A stretch of 64,000 nucleotides of DNA from Nitrospirota bacterium (GCA_016180645.1 JACPAV010000025.1:1-64000), one strand, 5' to 3'; numbered from the stretch's first letter, positions 17,857 to 28,763 are shown. Notes: a model not told the origin generated them from the sequence alone. A program made the numbers and translations.

Positions 17857-20800
17857 ATGGCAACCAAGAGATGCCCGAAGACAGAGGGGGGCAAAGGGCT
17901 TGGAAAGTTCTCCATAACGGGAATCCCATGCCTTCAGCCCATCCTTGGTATTGTAAGTTTGATGGTCGCGGGTTGCGGAGGCGGCCTTCCGGACGTGGTC
18001 GTGCCGCTCAGGCCCGAGCGGGCGGGGATGCTGAGTCGCGTGGAATGGAACGTCGTGGATTCGGAAGGGGAGAGGGCGGAGGTCGATATCGTTCGCCTGG
18101 AGGATCCCAAGTCAGAAAACCGCGCCCCCTCCGCTTCGCTCCAGGGACGACGAGATGAAGAATCATGGGATCCTCGCGTCGAGGAGCGGAGCGGGCTGGT
18201 TCTCGGTGATGCTCTCAACCGAAAAGGTACTTATCTTGTGATGCAAGCGGCCGGCGTGCCGGTGGCCATTGTTGCCGGTCATCCGCCGGTCATCGAGTGG
18301 CTCGACCCGGACCATGACCGGGTGGACAGTCTCACGGAGCTCCTGCTGCAGACGGATCCGACGCAGGTGGATGTCACGGCGGGGTCGGACGCGGTGAGGA
18401 GGGTCGAAAGGGAATCCTACGCTTTTGCGTCGGACCTCCCGGTGAAGGAGCGGGGGAAAAAGGAAAAGTGGGTGTACGGCCGCGAGGGGCGTATTTTGTT
18501 CGAGAGCGGTGAAAGCGCCCGGGCGGATCTCGCTCGCTGGTGGAAGGGGCCGGGGAAAGACAATACGTGCGCGGAGGCAGCACCCGGAGACGCTTGGGAA
18601 ATGCACGAGGTGGGCTGCGACGTTGGCTCGTTGAACATGAGCGACGGTTGGCACACGGTCTGGGCGGAAGACGTTCTGACGTTTCGGATCGGGCGGCCGG
18701 TGCCGGCCACGGTGGTCAAGACTCGCGAAGACGGCATGGATTTTCTGTGCCAGGGGGATGAAAAACTATTCGGCCCAAGCCTGTGCTACGAGCAGTGCTC
18801 GGTCGGGGCCATCGGATTTCGGTCGTGCGGGAGCGTCGACTACGTCTCGACGGGTCCGGGGATCGCCGCGGTGCGCGTGCGATCGGTGGAGGCGGGCGGA
18901 GCCATCGACCTGACGGGAGCCACGGTGCCGTACCGGAGCGTGGCGCGGGCGGTGGGACGCCAAGGCCGCGAAGAAATTCGGTTGTCGCCCGGGCGGGGCG
19001 ATCTCCTCAAATACTGTGCGGATGGAAAAGGGGGTTGCGAGCCGACGAAGCCGCACACGGAGATCTTGCGGCTCTCCTGCAAGGCATCCGGGTGCAAGTA
19101 TTTCGTCAACACGGTTCAGGAGCGACGGGAGAGACTGTCGGCGCCACGGCAGCAGAGCCTCGTGGTCATCGACGGCGATGCGCCGACGGCGCAGTACACC
19201 CCCGAGACGGGATGGTTGGGCTCCTCCGGGACGTATGAAGTCAAGGGCCATGATGCCAGTTCCCCCCTGATCGGTTTGTACTACTGTGCGGCCGGAGCGG
19301 GGGCGCCGCCTTGTGAAGGCGACCCAGCCGACTACGACCGGCTGATTGCAGCGGAGGGTACGGGGGGCCAAACCGTGCAGGATGGGTACGGCTTTACGTT
19401 TACGTTTACGGGGGCGCTACTCCAGGAGTTGGCGACGCAGTCTTGCGCGGGGCTTGGAGCGTGCACGATGCGGCTGGCCGGCGTGGTCATGGACAGCGCG
19501 GGGAACCCCAGCGTGAAGATCGAGGCGGTGGTGAAGCGGGACGTGAGCGTGCCGATCGTAACGGCCTACGCGCCGGAGTACACGACGGAGGCCGCGGCCA
19601 CGGTGAAGTTCAGCATGACCGATACGGGCTCGGGACCGGCGAAGGTACGGCACTGCATGGCCGCGCAGGGGAGTGATACGTGCGAGCCGGCGACGGAGAC
19701 CAACGTGGACGAAACCGGCTCGGCCGAGGTCACGGTGGACTCGCGAAGCAGCGTGGACGTCGTCACGGTGGTGTACGAGGGCCTGGACCAACTGGGCAAT
19801 GTTTCGACGCGGGGGAGCGTCGTCCTGAAATTTGACGGCTCTGGACCGATGGTACAGATGCCGAGCCCGGGCGTGTACGGCCCGGGGCCGAAGGCGGTGT
19901 CCGCGACGGATGCATCGGGCGCGGGACTGGATCGGGTGGTGGTGTGCGTGGTGACCGTGGACATGAATGCATGCCCTGAAAAAGGGTATGCGGTCCAGCC
20001 GTCAAGCGGGGTGGATCCGCTGGAATTTACGGTGGACGTGACATGCCAGGAGGGGGATCTGTGCGCACGGTGGATCCTGGCGAAGGCGTTCGACCGGGCG
20101 GGGAACGCGGGGGCCTGGGCGAAAACGAAACTGAGCATCGATCAGAGGGCGCCCGCGATCACGATTGAAGGGCCGGCGGGTCAGCTCCTGGCCTCGAAAG
20201 CGGAATTCAAAATCACATCGGCGGACGGAACCGGAGAGAGCGGCGTGGCGAAGGTCACGTTCTGCACGGGGGCGAATGGGGCGTGCGACGCGGCATCCGG
20301 CCAGAACGTGCCGGCGGGTGGCCGCGTCACGCTGGAGGGAGACAAAGACGTCTTCAGCTGGCGATGGCTCTGCGTGCGGAGTTCCGACCGGATCGGGAAC
20401 GCGGCGAGCCGCTGCGTTCGGGCGGGATTCGACCATGTGACGGGGGCGTGCGCGATCGAGAATGGAGGAGGACGGTGGATGCGGTGGACGAGCGACGTGC
20501 CGCTGTCGAGCTGCGTCGAGCCGGGCCAGGATGAGTTTCTGGGGGACTCGGGGAAGGATCTTGTGCGCGAACCCTTCGGGGCGCGCGTGGCCTACTGCAT
20601 TACGAATGAAGGTGGGACGTGCGTGCCAAATGGGTCAAAGACCGTTGCGGTTGACGCGGCATCGCGGAGGGCGGCGATGCCAATCGGGGAATTCGGCTGC
20701 GGAGCGGGGGAGGGGTGTGCGAAGGCGGTGTTTTTCCGCATGGAGGACAAATTCGGCAACGTGGGGAAGGTCGAGTCCGGTGCGGTTCGGATCGACCTCC

Positions 20801-23193
20801 AGGCGCCTGAACTGATGGCGCTCCTCAGCGGCACGACGCTGACCGTGAATGTGAGTGACGGACATTCGGGAGCGGCGCTCGTGCGGTATCACGCCTGGGT
20901 GTCCGGAGGCTTCAGACCGGAGGCGAACACGGAATGGGATTTCTACGTACCCTCGGAGGGGGGCGGAGGGGCTGGGGCGGCGCAGATGTACGAGGCGGGG
21001 AACTGGCTGAACCTGTCCGGAGTGGGAACGGTGACGGTCAATAGTCACGCGATCCTCTGTGGAAGGGTTGACCGGAGCGCGGGGAGCACCGACTGCACGG
21101 TAACCATCGAATACAAGGTGCGGGACGCGGCCGGGAACGAGTCGACGGGGGGTACTGGAAGCACGGGAAGCAAGGTCAAGGTGGGTCAGATCAGCGACGG
21201 GGGAGTGAAGGACGAAGGCGCGCCCGTGATTGTGGGAGGCAAGGTCTACGAGGGATTGTACGAGTCGTCCCCTCCGCTTCGCTCCACGGACGACGGGATG
21301 AAGAATCATTCGGTCCTTGCGTCGGCTGAGCACGACATCGAGGTATGGGCGGGCGGCGGGTTGCCGGTAAGCGTGAGATTCAAAGACGGGCTGGTGAACG
21401 CGAAGAATGAACCCACCGGGACGTCAGCCGTGGACTATGTGCGGTTCGATCTCTTCTGGGGTTTCGACGGAAGTCAGGCCTGCTCGGAGAGCTACCGCGT
21501 AAAGTGGGAGTGCAGTGGTAATTGGACGTGCGTGATGCCGAAGGATCCGAAGCCGGCGACGGAGCTCCTGGGAATTGCGTACATGAGACCGCTGTCCGGG
21601 GGCGAGCGGGCATGGACGGGAAGTCTGAACATCGACCTGGCGAAGATCATGGGTACGGACCAATACCGGGGGGACCAGGTGGATCCGGCGGTAAATTCGG
21701 CGGCCCAGGCGAAGCAAGCTCCGGGGCGCGTTCCGCGGCGTTGGTTTGTTCGGGCGAAGGCGGTGGACGTGTACGGCAATGTGTCGGCCTGCGCGGCCTC
21801 AAATGGGTTCTACCCCTACGAAGTCCGCGGCGAAGGGGGTGACGCGCATCTCAAATTCCTTCAGATGAGCGCAAACCTGGGCTCGGCTGAGAACGTGCTC
21901 TTTGGACGATTCAAATCATTCGGCGACGCCTACCGTTCGAAATCGGAAAGCGTGATTGCGCTCAAAGACTGGACGCCCCCCGCGGAACTGGGATGGAACA
22001 GCGGTTCGATAGCCACGACGCGGAGGACGGTGCGCGCGCTGGCGGCGAACGAGGACAAGGACGCCCGGTACTGGGTGAGCTCGGTGACGTACAACCAAGA
22101 TACTACAAACGGCCTGTACTTAACGCTGCAGCACTCGCTTTGGCTGGACAAAATTCGCAAAAGTGATGGAGGCCGGAGGACGTGCTTCGTGGGGAAGGCC
22201 CCATGGATGATCGTACCCAAGAATGCAGCGGTTCCGGATCCGCACGGCTGGAGTGCGGTACTTCCGAGTGGGAAGGTCTTGGTGTCTGGGGTTTTCTACA
22301 ATGCCGATTCAACGTATTCAGATGGCTACCACGCCGCGGCGGTCCGGGGCGTGTTGGATCCGGCGATGATGGAAAAGCAGCCGGCGCCGACGGAGGAGGA
22401 TCCGCAGAGGATGGTGGATTCGCCGCGTTGCGGCTCCTCGATCGATGAGGTTCTCCGGCGGGCGGAGAAGGCGAGAAACCCGAGCTGCACGGGTGCGTGC
22501 GAGCCGAGCTTCTATACGTTCATTTACTTCGTGCAATCGTCGGACAGGGGGCCTCTGTGGCCGTCCTATAGCGAGGGAGCATCCAGCTACGAAGGTCCCC
22601 AGGGAGATGGCTACGAGCGTACGGTGCTGACCGCTCCGAGCCCCTACGGCGATGGACACGTATTCTACGGGGCGCTGATCTACTCCGACTACTTGGAGAG
22701 CTCCGGGTATGTCCCGCGGATCGTGCTCGACTGGGAGGGCCGGGCGGAGAAGGCATACGGCGAGGGACAGTTTTCGGATGGGAACGTGCTCGAACTGGCC
22801 GGTATGAAGTGCCGAGACGCCGCCTTGGCGGCCGATCCTGATTTCGGTCTGATTGTGCGGAGTCCTTACGGGCTCACGAACTACCCGTGGTTTCGGCCGG
22901 TGTCGGCGAGAGTGTTTTCCTCCGCATCCTGCGGCATCCACCTCTTCTGCGCCAAACCGGAGGGCGGGGGCCAGCACATCTGGACGATGGATCCGCTCGT
23001 GAAGGAACAGCCGGGCACGCCCTACAAGGCGGTAGCCGCAAACAAGGGCGCGGTGTGGAAACGTGAGGACTACGCGTTCAGGGACGTGACGATGGACCAG
23101 ATGTGCAATCTTCACGTCCTGGACGATGGATCGGGATCCGCGTATCAGCCGTCGAACCTCCGATACCGGGTGGACCCAGCTAGGTGGTGGTAG
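17857..23193 (+). CDS. Giant Cys-rich surface lipoprotein with Ig-like (D.AGN) repeats
   Basis: Lipobox MVAGC; repeated D.AGN / D..SG / D..AP units; two in-frame copies of repeat A. Confidence 0.8.
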   Translation: MATKRCPKTEGGKGLGKFSITGIPCLQPILGIVSLMVAGCGGGLPDVVVPLRPERAGMLSRVEWNVVDSEGERAEVDIVRLEDPKSENRAPSASLQGRRDEESWDPRVEERSGLVLGDALNRKGTYLVMQAAGVPVAIVAGHPPVIEWLDPDHDRVDSLTELLLQTDPTQVDVTAGSDAVRRVERESYAFASDLPVKERGKKEKWVYGREGRILFESGESARADLARWWKGPGKDNTCAEAAPGDAWEMHEVGCDVGSLNMSDGWHTVWAEDVLTFRIGRPVPATVVKTREDGMDFLCQGDEKLFGPSLCYEQCSVGAIGFRSCGSVDYVSTGPGIAAVRVRSVEAGGAIDLTGATVPYRSVARAVGRQGREEIRLSPGRGDLLKYCADGKGGCEPTKPHTEILRLSCKASGCKYFVNTVQERRERLSAPRQQSLVVIDGDAPTAQYTPETGWLGSSGTYEVKGHDASSPLIGLYYCAAGAGAPPCEGDPADYDRLIAAEGTGGQTVQDGYGFTFTFTGALLQELATQSCAGLGACTMRLAGVVMDSAGNPSVKIEAVVKRDVSVPIVTAYAPEYTTEAAATVKFSMTDTGSGPAKVRHCMAAQGSDTCEPATETNVDETGSAEVTVDSRSSVDVVTVVYEGLDQLGNVSTRGSVVLKFDGSGPMVQMPSPGVYGPGPKAVSATDASGAGLDRVVVCVVTVDMNACPEKGYAVQPSSGVDPLEFTVDVTCQEGDLCARWILAKAFDRAGNAGAWAKTKLSIDQRAPAITIEGPAGQLLASKAEFKITSADGTGESGVAKVTFCTGANGACDAASGQNVPAGGRVTLEGDKDVFSWRWLCVRSSDRIGNAASRCVRAGFDHVTGACAIENGGGRWMRWTSDVPLSSCVEPGQDEFLGDSGKDLVREPFGARVAYCITNEGGTCVPNGSKTVAVDAASRRAAMPIGEFGCGAGEGCAKAVFFRMEDKFGNVGKVESGAVRIDLQAPELMALLSGTTLTVNVSDGHSGAALVRYHAWVSGGFRPEANTEWDFYVPSEGGGGAGAAQMYEAGNWLNLSGVGTVTVNSHAILCGRVDRSAGSTDCTVTIEYKVRDAAGNESTGGTGSTGSKVKVGQISDGGVKDEGAPVIVGGKVYEGLYESSPPLRSTDDGMKNHSVLASAEHDIEVWAGGGLPVSVRFKDGLVNAKNEPTGTSAVDYVRFDLFWGFDGSQACSESYRVKWECSGNWTCVMPKDPKPATELLGIAYMRPLSGGERAWTGSLNIDLAKIMGTDQYRGDQVDPAVNSAAQAKQAPGRVPRRWFVRAKAVDVYGNVSACAASNGFYPYEVRGEGGDAHLKFLQMSANLGSAENVLFGRFKSFGDAYRSKSESVIALKDWTPPAELGWNSGSIATTRRTVRALAANEDKDARYWVSSVTYNQDTTNGLYLTLQHSLWLDKIRKSDGGRRTCFVGKAPWMIVPKNAAVPDPHGWSAVLPSGKVLVSGVFYNADSTYSDGYHAAAVRGVLDPAMMEKQPAPTEEDPQRMVDSPRCGSSIDEVLRRAEKARNPSCTGACEPSFYTFIYFVQSSDRGPLWPSYSEGASSYEGPQGDGYERTVLTAPSPYGDGHVFYGALIYSDYLESSGYVPRIVLDWEGRAEKAYGEGQFSDGNVLELAGMKCRDAALAADPDFGLIVRSPYGLTNYPWFRPVSARVFSSASCGIHLFCAKPEGGGQHIWTMDPLVKEQPGTPYKAVAANKGAVWKREDYAFRDVTMDQMCNLHVLDDGSGSAYQPSNLRYRVDPARWW
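18126..18181 (+). repeat. Repeat A, in frame in CDS (PSASLQGRRDEESWDPRV)
   Basis: Direct alignment to the 404 copy. Confidence 0.9.
21269..21324 (+). repeat. Repeat A, in frame in CDS (PPLRSTDDGMKNHSVLAS)
   Basis: Direct alignment. Confidence 0.9.
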
Positions 23194-23207
23194 CGGTGAG
23201 AAACCTT

Positions 23208-23264
23208 CCCGCGCGCAGGACGCGCAAGCGGTGCCGGCAGCGGCCAGGATGGCCGACCCGGCCC
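23208..23264 (+). repeat. Repeat C, intergenic
   Basis: gcaggacgcg(c/g)aagcggtgccgg(c/a)agcggccaggatggccgacccggc. Confidence 0.88.
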
Positions 23265-23317
23265 GGCATACACGATGGCGCGGACGCCCTCCTTTCATGG
23301 TCCCATACCGTCCTGGC

Positions 23318-23373
23318 CCCCTGCGCTCCGCTCCGGGGACGACGGAAGGAATCGTTATGGGGTCGCCGCGTCG
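23318..23373 (+). repeat. Repeat A, subtype 2, just before ATG 23376
   Basis: Direct alignment to the 4728 copy. Confidence 0.85.
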
Positions 23374-23375
23374 GC

Positions 23376-26363
23376 ATGGGACTGACGCTACTTCTTGCTT
23401 TAGCGGGAACGCCGGCGTGCAGCGGCGAAGGGCACGGAGGACAGCTTCCGAGTCTGGTTCTACTCACGCCGCGGGTGCGGAACGGTCAGGAGATCAAGGT
23501 GCAGGTTCGGTCGTTCGTAGAAGGCGCCGAGGTGACGATCGATGCGTCGGCGCTCGATTCGGAGTTCGGGCCGACCCGAAAGACCGAGGTGCGGACGCGG
23601 GAGGACGGTGTTTACGAAGCTGCGTACGTCGTGGCGGCCGAAAATCGAAACGTGGACGGAGCGTATGCGGTTCGCGTCCGCGTGAGGATGCCGGAGGGGG
23701 ATTTTGCGGCATCGGAGGAGTTCACGGTGAAGCTGGAAAACGGAGCGACGCACGGATGGGTCGTCTCGTTCGAGGCGACCGCGGGAGAGGCGGCGGGGCC
23801 GGACGGGTATCGGTCGGTCGGTCGCCTGGTGGTGGCGGCGCGGGAGGACGGTGTTCTGAGGGCGCTTGCGATCCGGTCCCGTCCGGTCGCCGGACCTCAG
23901 GCGGGCGGAGGCGCGGTAAAGAGCGAAAGGATGCGGGGGGAATGGCGGCTGGCGAGCGGAGTGGCCGGGAGCGAAGTCTTGGATTTTACACCGGGGGCAA
24001 CGGCGGACGGACAGCCGAAATGGGACGTCGCTCTGGGCGGAGAGGGTCTTCCCGTCGAAAAAGGGATGCATCGATGGAGTCTCCTCCTGCGGAGAGCCTG
24101 CGGCGAGGCTGGAGAGGCGCCGGCGCTTGAGATGAGCGCCGAGGACGTGATGGTCGTAAACGGCGTGGGCCAGGTGATTGAAGTTCAGGGTGTCCCGGTG
24201 ACGATTAGGATCGAGGAGGCCGTCTCGCTGGTGGAGCGGTGGTCGCTCAGCCTGGCGGCATTCGAAGCGTTTCCAAGAGTCCTGGGTGCAGCCGATTTGG
24301 AGAGCAGCGAGTGGGGGGATGAACTCCTGGTGTTCGGTGGGCATGGCGGCCGGCGGATTTCGAGGATCGAGCTGGATGCATCGGCGGGGGCCCGGGAGGC
24401 GGGGAGGTGGGAATCGATCAAGGGCCGGAGACTCGTGTCGGCAGCGACGGCAAACCTGGACGGCGACGAGAAGGTTGACGTGATTGCGACGGATGAGACG
24501 GGGGGTATTCAGGTGTTTTTCAATGCGGATGCGGAAGGGAGGATGCCAATCCTCTGGACGGGTGAGCCAGGGCTTGAGGTCGTGGGAGGGACTTTCGACG
24601 CCGACGGGAATGGTCTTGGCGACTATGCGTTTTTCAACAAATCGACGGGCTCGCTCTGGATTGGGCCGAGCCGGCCTGACGGGGTGAGCAAGGCAGTGGG
24701 TTCGGTGGAAGCGCCCCCTCCGCTTCGCTCCGGGGACGACGATCAGAACGGTCATGCGGTCCTTGCGTCGCCGACCTTCGTAAAGGGGTCGCTGGGGCAG
24801 GGGCCGTTCGCCGGGGTGTGGGCGGTCGACGTGGACGGCGACGGCGTGAGCGAGCTGATGGCGGCGGCTTCGTCGGGACGTCGGAGCTGGATGACGCTTT
24901 ACCGGCGATCCGGTGAGACAGGGCGATACGAAGGAGGCCGGTCGGCCGGATTCGGGAAAGGCGCTCTGCAGTTCTCAGGGCCGTGCGAGGGGTGCGACCG
25001 GGAGGATGGGGCGTGGGCGGCCGTCGTTCTGGACGGAGGCGAAGTGAAACTCCTGCATGTCACGGCGCAGGGCGAGTGGGCCGTGGCGTGGTCGAGGGAT
25101 GTGGGGCGCGGAGCGAGGAAGATTGCCGTGCTGCCGGACGGAGATGTGGCGGTATCGATTTCGAGCGGGGTGGTGGTCCTCGATTCCGGGGGTGAGCGCC
25201 CCGTAACGGGGGTTGATCGGGAGCCGGATTGGATGGGGGCGGCAAGGGCACGGGGATGCGCGGGTTGCGGGGGGGATTTCGCGGTCGGGTATGAGGAAGG
25301 CTTGGACGTCGTCTCAGGGGCGGGCGGGGTCTGGTCGGTGTCAAGGTCCTCGGGGTCAGGATTTTATCCCACGCGCGTGGCCACCGAAAACGGGGCAGGA
25401 CTTTGGTTTGCTGGGAACGGAACCAGCGCACAGCACCTATCGGTGGAGTATGGCCGGCCGGGCGGACTGACGGCCGTGAGCACGAAAGGGCGGATCCTCG
25501 GGGCAGCGGCCTTGAGTGGGGGCGTGGCGCTGCTTCAGGAGAATGTAGTTGAGATTGTGGGACGGCGCTGCCCGCCCGCAGGACGCGGAAGCGGTGCCGG
25601 AAGCGGCCAGGATGGCCGACCCGGCTTGGCCGTGGAGTGTCCGGAACAAGGGCGAGAGGTGGCGCTCCCAAAGGGAGAATGGAGCGCGATCGCGAGCGGC
25701 GATCTGGACGGCGACGGCGAAAACGAATTGGTTGTGGCCCCGAAGGTTGGGGGAAGGTGGCTTTTCATGAAGGACGAGGGGGGGCCGCTGGCCAGTTCCG
25801 ATTTGGGCGTCCGTGCGGAGCGGATATTCGTAGAGGACCTCGATGGGGATGGCCTGGCGGAGATCGTTGCGCTTATGGAAAAGGAAGGCGCCATGGCGGT
25901 TATCGGCTTCGATGTGGCCGGGCGAACGCTCAGGGTGAGAGGGACCGCCCAGAGGGGTAGCGGGATGCGCGTGTTGGGTTGGGCGGGGAACGGACGGCTT
26001 GTGGCGGCGGGCTCGGGTTCTGTCGAGTTGGTCAAAATCGAGATGTCGGATGGACAAATCGCCGTCAAGAGATCGGGGGCAAGGGCGGTCACGGGCCTGC
26101 CGCTGGGCGCCGCTGAGGTGGGCATGGGTTCCGGATCGGGCGGACCGGAGCCATCCATGGGGGTCTTGATTGATCGGGCCGATGAGGGCAGGGCCCTGGG
26201 TCTCCTGTCCGGGGAGGCCGCGGAGAGCGGATGTCTGGGAGCGGTCGTGCGGGTTGATGCGGACGGCCTGGCAGCGGTGGATCTTAACGGAGATGGACGA
26301 AAGGAGCTGATCGCATGGAGTTCAACGAGTGGAGTGGTGAAGGGGTACGAGGTGCGGCCATGA
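23376..26363 (+). CDS. FG-GAP/VCBS-repeat lipoprotein
   Basis: Signal peptide MGLTLLLALAGTPAC; several DxDGDGxxE/D motifs; in-frame copies of repeats A and C; stop codon lies in repeat B. Confidence 0.8.
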   Translation: MGLTLLLALAGTPACSGEGHGGQLPSLVLLTPRVRNGQEIKVQVRSFVEGAEVTIDASALDSEFGPTRKTEVRTREDGVYEAAYVVAAENRNVDGAYAVRVRVRMPEGDFAASEEFTVKLENGATHGWVVSFEATAGEAAGPDGYRSVGRLVVAAREDGVLRALAIRSRPVAGPQAGGGAVKSERMRGEWRLASGVAGSEVLDFTPGATADGQPKWDVALGGEGLPVEKGMHRWSLLLRRACGEAGEAPALEMSAEDVMVVNGVGQVIEVQGVPVTIRIEEAVSLVERWSLSLAAFEAFPRVLGAADLESSEWGDELLVFGGHGGRRISRIELDASAGAREAGRWESIKGRRLVSAATANLDGDEKVDVIATDETGGIQVFFNADAEGRMPILWTGEPGLEVVGGTFDADGNGLGDYAFFNKSTGSLWIGPSRPDGVSKAVGSVEAPPPLRSGDDDQNGHAVLASPTFVKGSLGQGPFAGVWAVDVDGDGVSELMAAASSGRRSWMTLYRRSGETGRYEGGRSAGFGKGALQFSGPCEGCDREDGAWAAVVLDGGEVKLLHVTAQGEWAVAWSRDVGRGARKIAVLPDGDVAVSISSGVVVLDSGGERPVTGVDREPDWMGAARARGCAGCGGDFAVGYEEGLDVVSGAGGVWSVSRSSGSGFYPTRVATENGAGLWFAGNGTSAQHLSVEYGRPGGLTAVSTKGRILGAAALSGGVALLQENVVEIVGRRCPPAGRGSGAGSGQDGRPGLAVECPEQGREVALPKGEWSAIASGDLDGDGENELVVAPKVGGRWLFMKDEGGPLASSDLGVRAERIFVEDLDGDGLAEIVALMEKEGAMAVIGFDVAGRTLRVRGTAQRGSGMRVLGWAGNGRLVAAGSGSVELVKIEMSDGQIAVKRSGARAVTGLPLGAAEVGMGSGSGGPEPSMGVLIDRADEGRALGLLSGEAAESGCLGAVVRVDADGLAAVDLNGDGRKELIAWSSTSGVVKGYEVRP
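24715..24770 (+). repeat. Repeat A, in frame in CDS (PPLRSGDDDQNGHAVLAS)
   Basis: Direct alignment. Confidence 0.88.
25569..25625 (+). repeat. Repeat C, in frame in the FG-GAP gene (CPPAGRGSGAGSGQDGRPG)
   Basis: Direct alignment. Confidence 0.88.
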
Positions 26364-26432
26364 TCCCACCACCTGCCACCAGGTCGAAGACCTGCCTTCC
26401 GGTCCGCCTGAGGCGGACAGGTGGTGGGATGA
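26360..26432. repeat. Repeat B at a gene junction
   Basis: Contains upstream TGA 26361 and downstream ATG 26429. Confidence 0.9.
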
Positions 26433-27214
26433 AATCCCCCGGCTCCCGGATGAGACGCGAATGGGCTGCGATCGTTCTTGTGGTCGGATTGATTGTGATC
26501 ATGGAGAGGACGTCTTGGGGCTTCGCCACGAGCACGATGCGCGAGCGGGAGGTGAGTCTGGGGGCGCGAACAAGCCTGGAACGGGAGAACGTGCGGATGG
26601 CCGGCGTCGTGGGCGGCGCCGCAGTTCGGGCGGACCTCCCGGTTCACTACCTTGGAATCTTGGGAGAGGCAACCTACGGACTGACGAAGAGCCTCGACAT
26701 GGGCCTCAGCCTCGGAGCGGCGAAGATGAAAGGCCCCTGGGAGGAGGCGAAGGCGGACCAGGCCACGCTGATGACGGGCGGACTCCGCGTGAGGGGCACG
26801 GCCTGGTCGAATCATTCGGTTGAAGTGGGGTTTCTCGGAGACGTGCGATACCTGCCTTCGGTCGCGTTCAATGAAGACCTCCTCGTGGGGAATCTCCGGA
26901 TGCCGGGTCAGGTCGCGTTGAAGAACGTGTTTGCGACGGAACTCGGAACCGGCGTGACCTTCTGGCTGCGCACGGCCGGAAAGACCTGGGTGGCGCCGTA
27001 CGTGAGGGGATCCCTCCTGCCGATCGTGGCGCTTTCAGGGACGGTTCAGCAGGGGGAATTCGAAGCCAAGTCCGTTTCCAGACTCACGGCCGGACCGGAG
27101 AGGTTGTGGGGCGTGGCGACGGGGCTGGGAATCAATGTGAATCGGTTTTTCATAACGCCGGAGGTGCGGTTTTGGCCGATCGCCGGCGGCATCAAGTTGG
27201 AGATCCTGCTCTAG
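26429..27214 (+). CDS. Putative outer-membrane beta-barrel protein
   Basis: Hydrophobic N-terminus and amphipathic strand-like segments; ATG lies in the arm of repeat B. Confidence 0.55.
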   Translation: MKSPGSRMRREWAAIVLVVGLIVIMERTSWGFATSTMREREVSLGARTSLERENVRMAGVVGGAAVRADLPVHYLGILGEATYGLTKSLDMGLSLGAAKMKGPWEEAKADQATLMTGGLRVRGTAWSNHSVEVGFLGDVRYLPSVAFNEDLLVGNLRMPGQVALKNVFATELGTGVTFWLRTAGKTWVAPYVRGSLLPIVALSGTVQQGEFEAKSVSRLTAGPERLWGVATGLGINVNRFFITPEVRFWPIAGGIKLEILL

Positions 27215-27246
27215 GGGCGCACGGGTCGCTCAAAAGGAGGCTTGCG

Positions 27247-27783
27247 ATGAGAAGCACGAGGAAATGGCCGGTACGAATGGGAACGGCGGCGCTCTTGGGA
27301 TTGATCCTGGGCGGCTGCGCAACGACGAAGGGCGCGGGTCGGAAGGCGGACGACACGACGCTCTCCTGCCGGCAGGTGGGGGAAACCCTCCGCTGCTCGG
27401 GGCTTGAGGGGGGCTATGTGGAGTTTGCACCGGAACCTTTGGCCGTGGATCTGTCGGGCATGAAAAAGAAACGCGAGGCCTACGACGCCGGGTACCAGGC
27501 GGGCATGGAGAGCATGCACAAGATCCGGCAGGGCTACGAGGAGGGAGTGCGGTACGTGTTCAAGCGGCCGGTCTGGCAGAAGGTGAAGCTGCCGGCGGAG
27601 GTGAAGGACGGGGTGTTTCATCCGGAGCGGGAGGTCTACGTGCTCGTTGAACCGGGCCGCTACGAGCTCAAGGGGGGAGCGGTGTCCCCTCCGCTTCGCT
27701 CCACGGACGACGAGATGAAGAATCAGAGGGTCCTTGCGCCGGATGCGCCCTCTCCTGCGAGCGGAGCGGAAGGGCACGAATAG
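27247..27783 (+). CDS. Lipoprotein, TraV-like C-terminal motif
   Basis: AGGAGG RBS; lipobox LGGC; P.WQKV.LPA..DG.FHP..VYVLVEPG.Y resembles TraV; repeat A in frame at the C-terminus. Confidence 0.55.
   Translation: MRSTRKWPVRMGTAALLGLILGGCATTKGAGRKADDTTLSCRQVGETLRCSGLEGGYVEFAPEPLAVDLSGMKKKREAYDAGYQAGMESMHKIRQGYEEGVRYVFKRPVWQKVKLPAEVKDGVFHPEREVYVLVEPGRYELKGGAVSPPLRSTDDEMKNQRVLAPDAPSPASGAEGHE
27686..27741 (+). repeat. Repeat A, in frame in CDS (PPLRSTDDEMKNQRVLAP)
   Basis: Direct alignment. Confidence 0.9.
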
Positions 27784-27983
27784 AGAAAGGGGAGACACGG
27801 TGAAATTGCCGACAATGAGATGAGTGAAAGAGGGGTCAGGAAAAAAGAGAAGTGAATTCAGATGTGCATGCATCACCGAGGAACGGACGGAATCCTCGCG
27901 TCAGCGTGAAGGTCATTTCCCCGCTCGATGGTCTCTTGCGGCCGACAAGGGAACGATCGAGCGGGGAAAGGAGCTAGGCAACT

Positions 27984-28763
27984 ATGACACAGAATGGACC
28001 GACGAATCAGAAACCCCCTGAGGGGGGATTGGATCAGTCGTTCTATGTTGATAGTGTGAGCACACCCTCCATCCTACCAAGCGAGGCGGCGAAGATAACC
28101 CGCCTTGCGTTCCGGGAGCGGCTGTCTCTGGATTCGAGCGCAAAAGTGCTTGGGTTCTTGGGGCTGGCCAATGCGGAGGACATGGAGCTGGTGGGAGACC
28201 TCGACGCAATGGTCGGAGCGGTGAAACACCGCATGAGGACGCACCTACGGCGAAGGAGGCCGGATCTCGTGGTCACATGTTTGGCCGCTGGAGTCGACTT
28301 CTTGATGCTTGAGGTGTGTGAGGAAGAGGCTATCCCGTTTGTCGTGGTAGCGTTTCTTGACCGGGTGGACGTGGACCGGGACGGCAGCCGCGAAAGACTG
28401 GCGCGGCGACATGGTCTCATGTCCAAGGCAAGGCAGGTGGTATTCGTGGCGGACCCGCTGGATGCGGAAGGCGATGAGAAGGCGACCCGCTGGGTCGCGA
28501 CTCACGCGGACCGCGTCTACGCGATTTCCGGCGAAGTGACGGAGGAGTCGATGGCGCGGCTGGAAACAGCTCTCCGCGCCGGTTCTCCTGTCCGTGTCGA
28601 GCCGATTGAGTTCTGCGAGACTGTCTACGCCAAATGGGTGGACGACAGGTTTTGCGATCTCATGTTGGCGATCCAGCCCGGGGCCGCGGATGCGCACCAA
28701 ACCACGACGGAACAGACAAGCTGCAGTGCGACCGGTGGCGAGCCCCCGGCCGTAACGCAGTAG
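27984..28763 (+). CDS. Divergent SLOG-like (YspA/DUF1273-like) protein
   Basis: LAAGVD..EVC..IPFVVV..L..A..V and RWVA..AD parallel the downstream SLOG gene. Confidence 0.55.
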   Translation: MTQNGPTNQKPPEGGLDQSFYVDSVSTPSILPSEAAKITRLAFRERLSLDSSAKVLGFLGLANAEDMELVGDLDAMVGAVKHRMRTHLRRRRPDLVVTCLAAGVDFLMLEVCEEEAIPFVVVAFLDRVDVDRDGSRERLARRHGLMSKARQVVFVADPLDAEGDEKATRWVATHADRVYAISGEVTEESMARLETALRAGSPVRVEPIEFCETVYAKWVDDRFCDLMLAIQPGAADAHQTTTEQTSCSATGGEPPAVTQ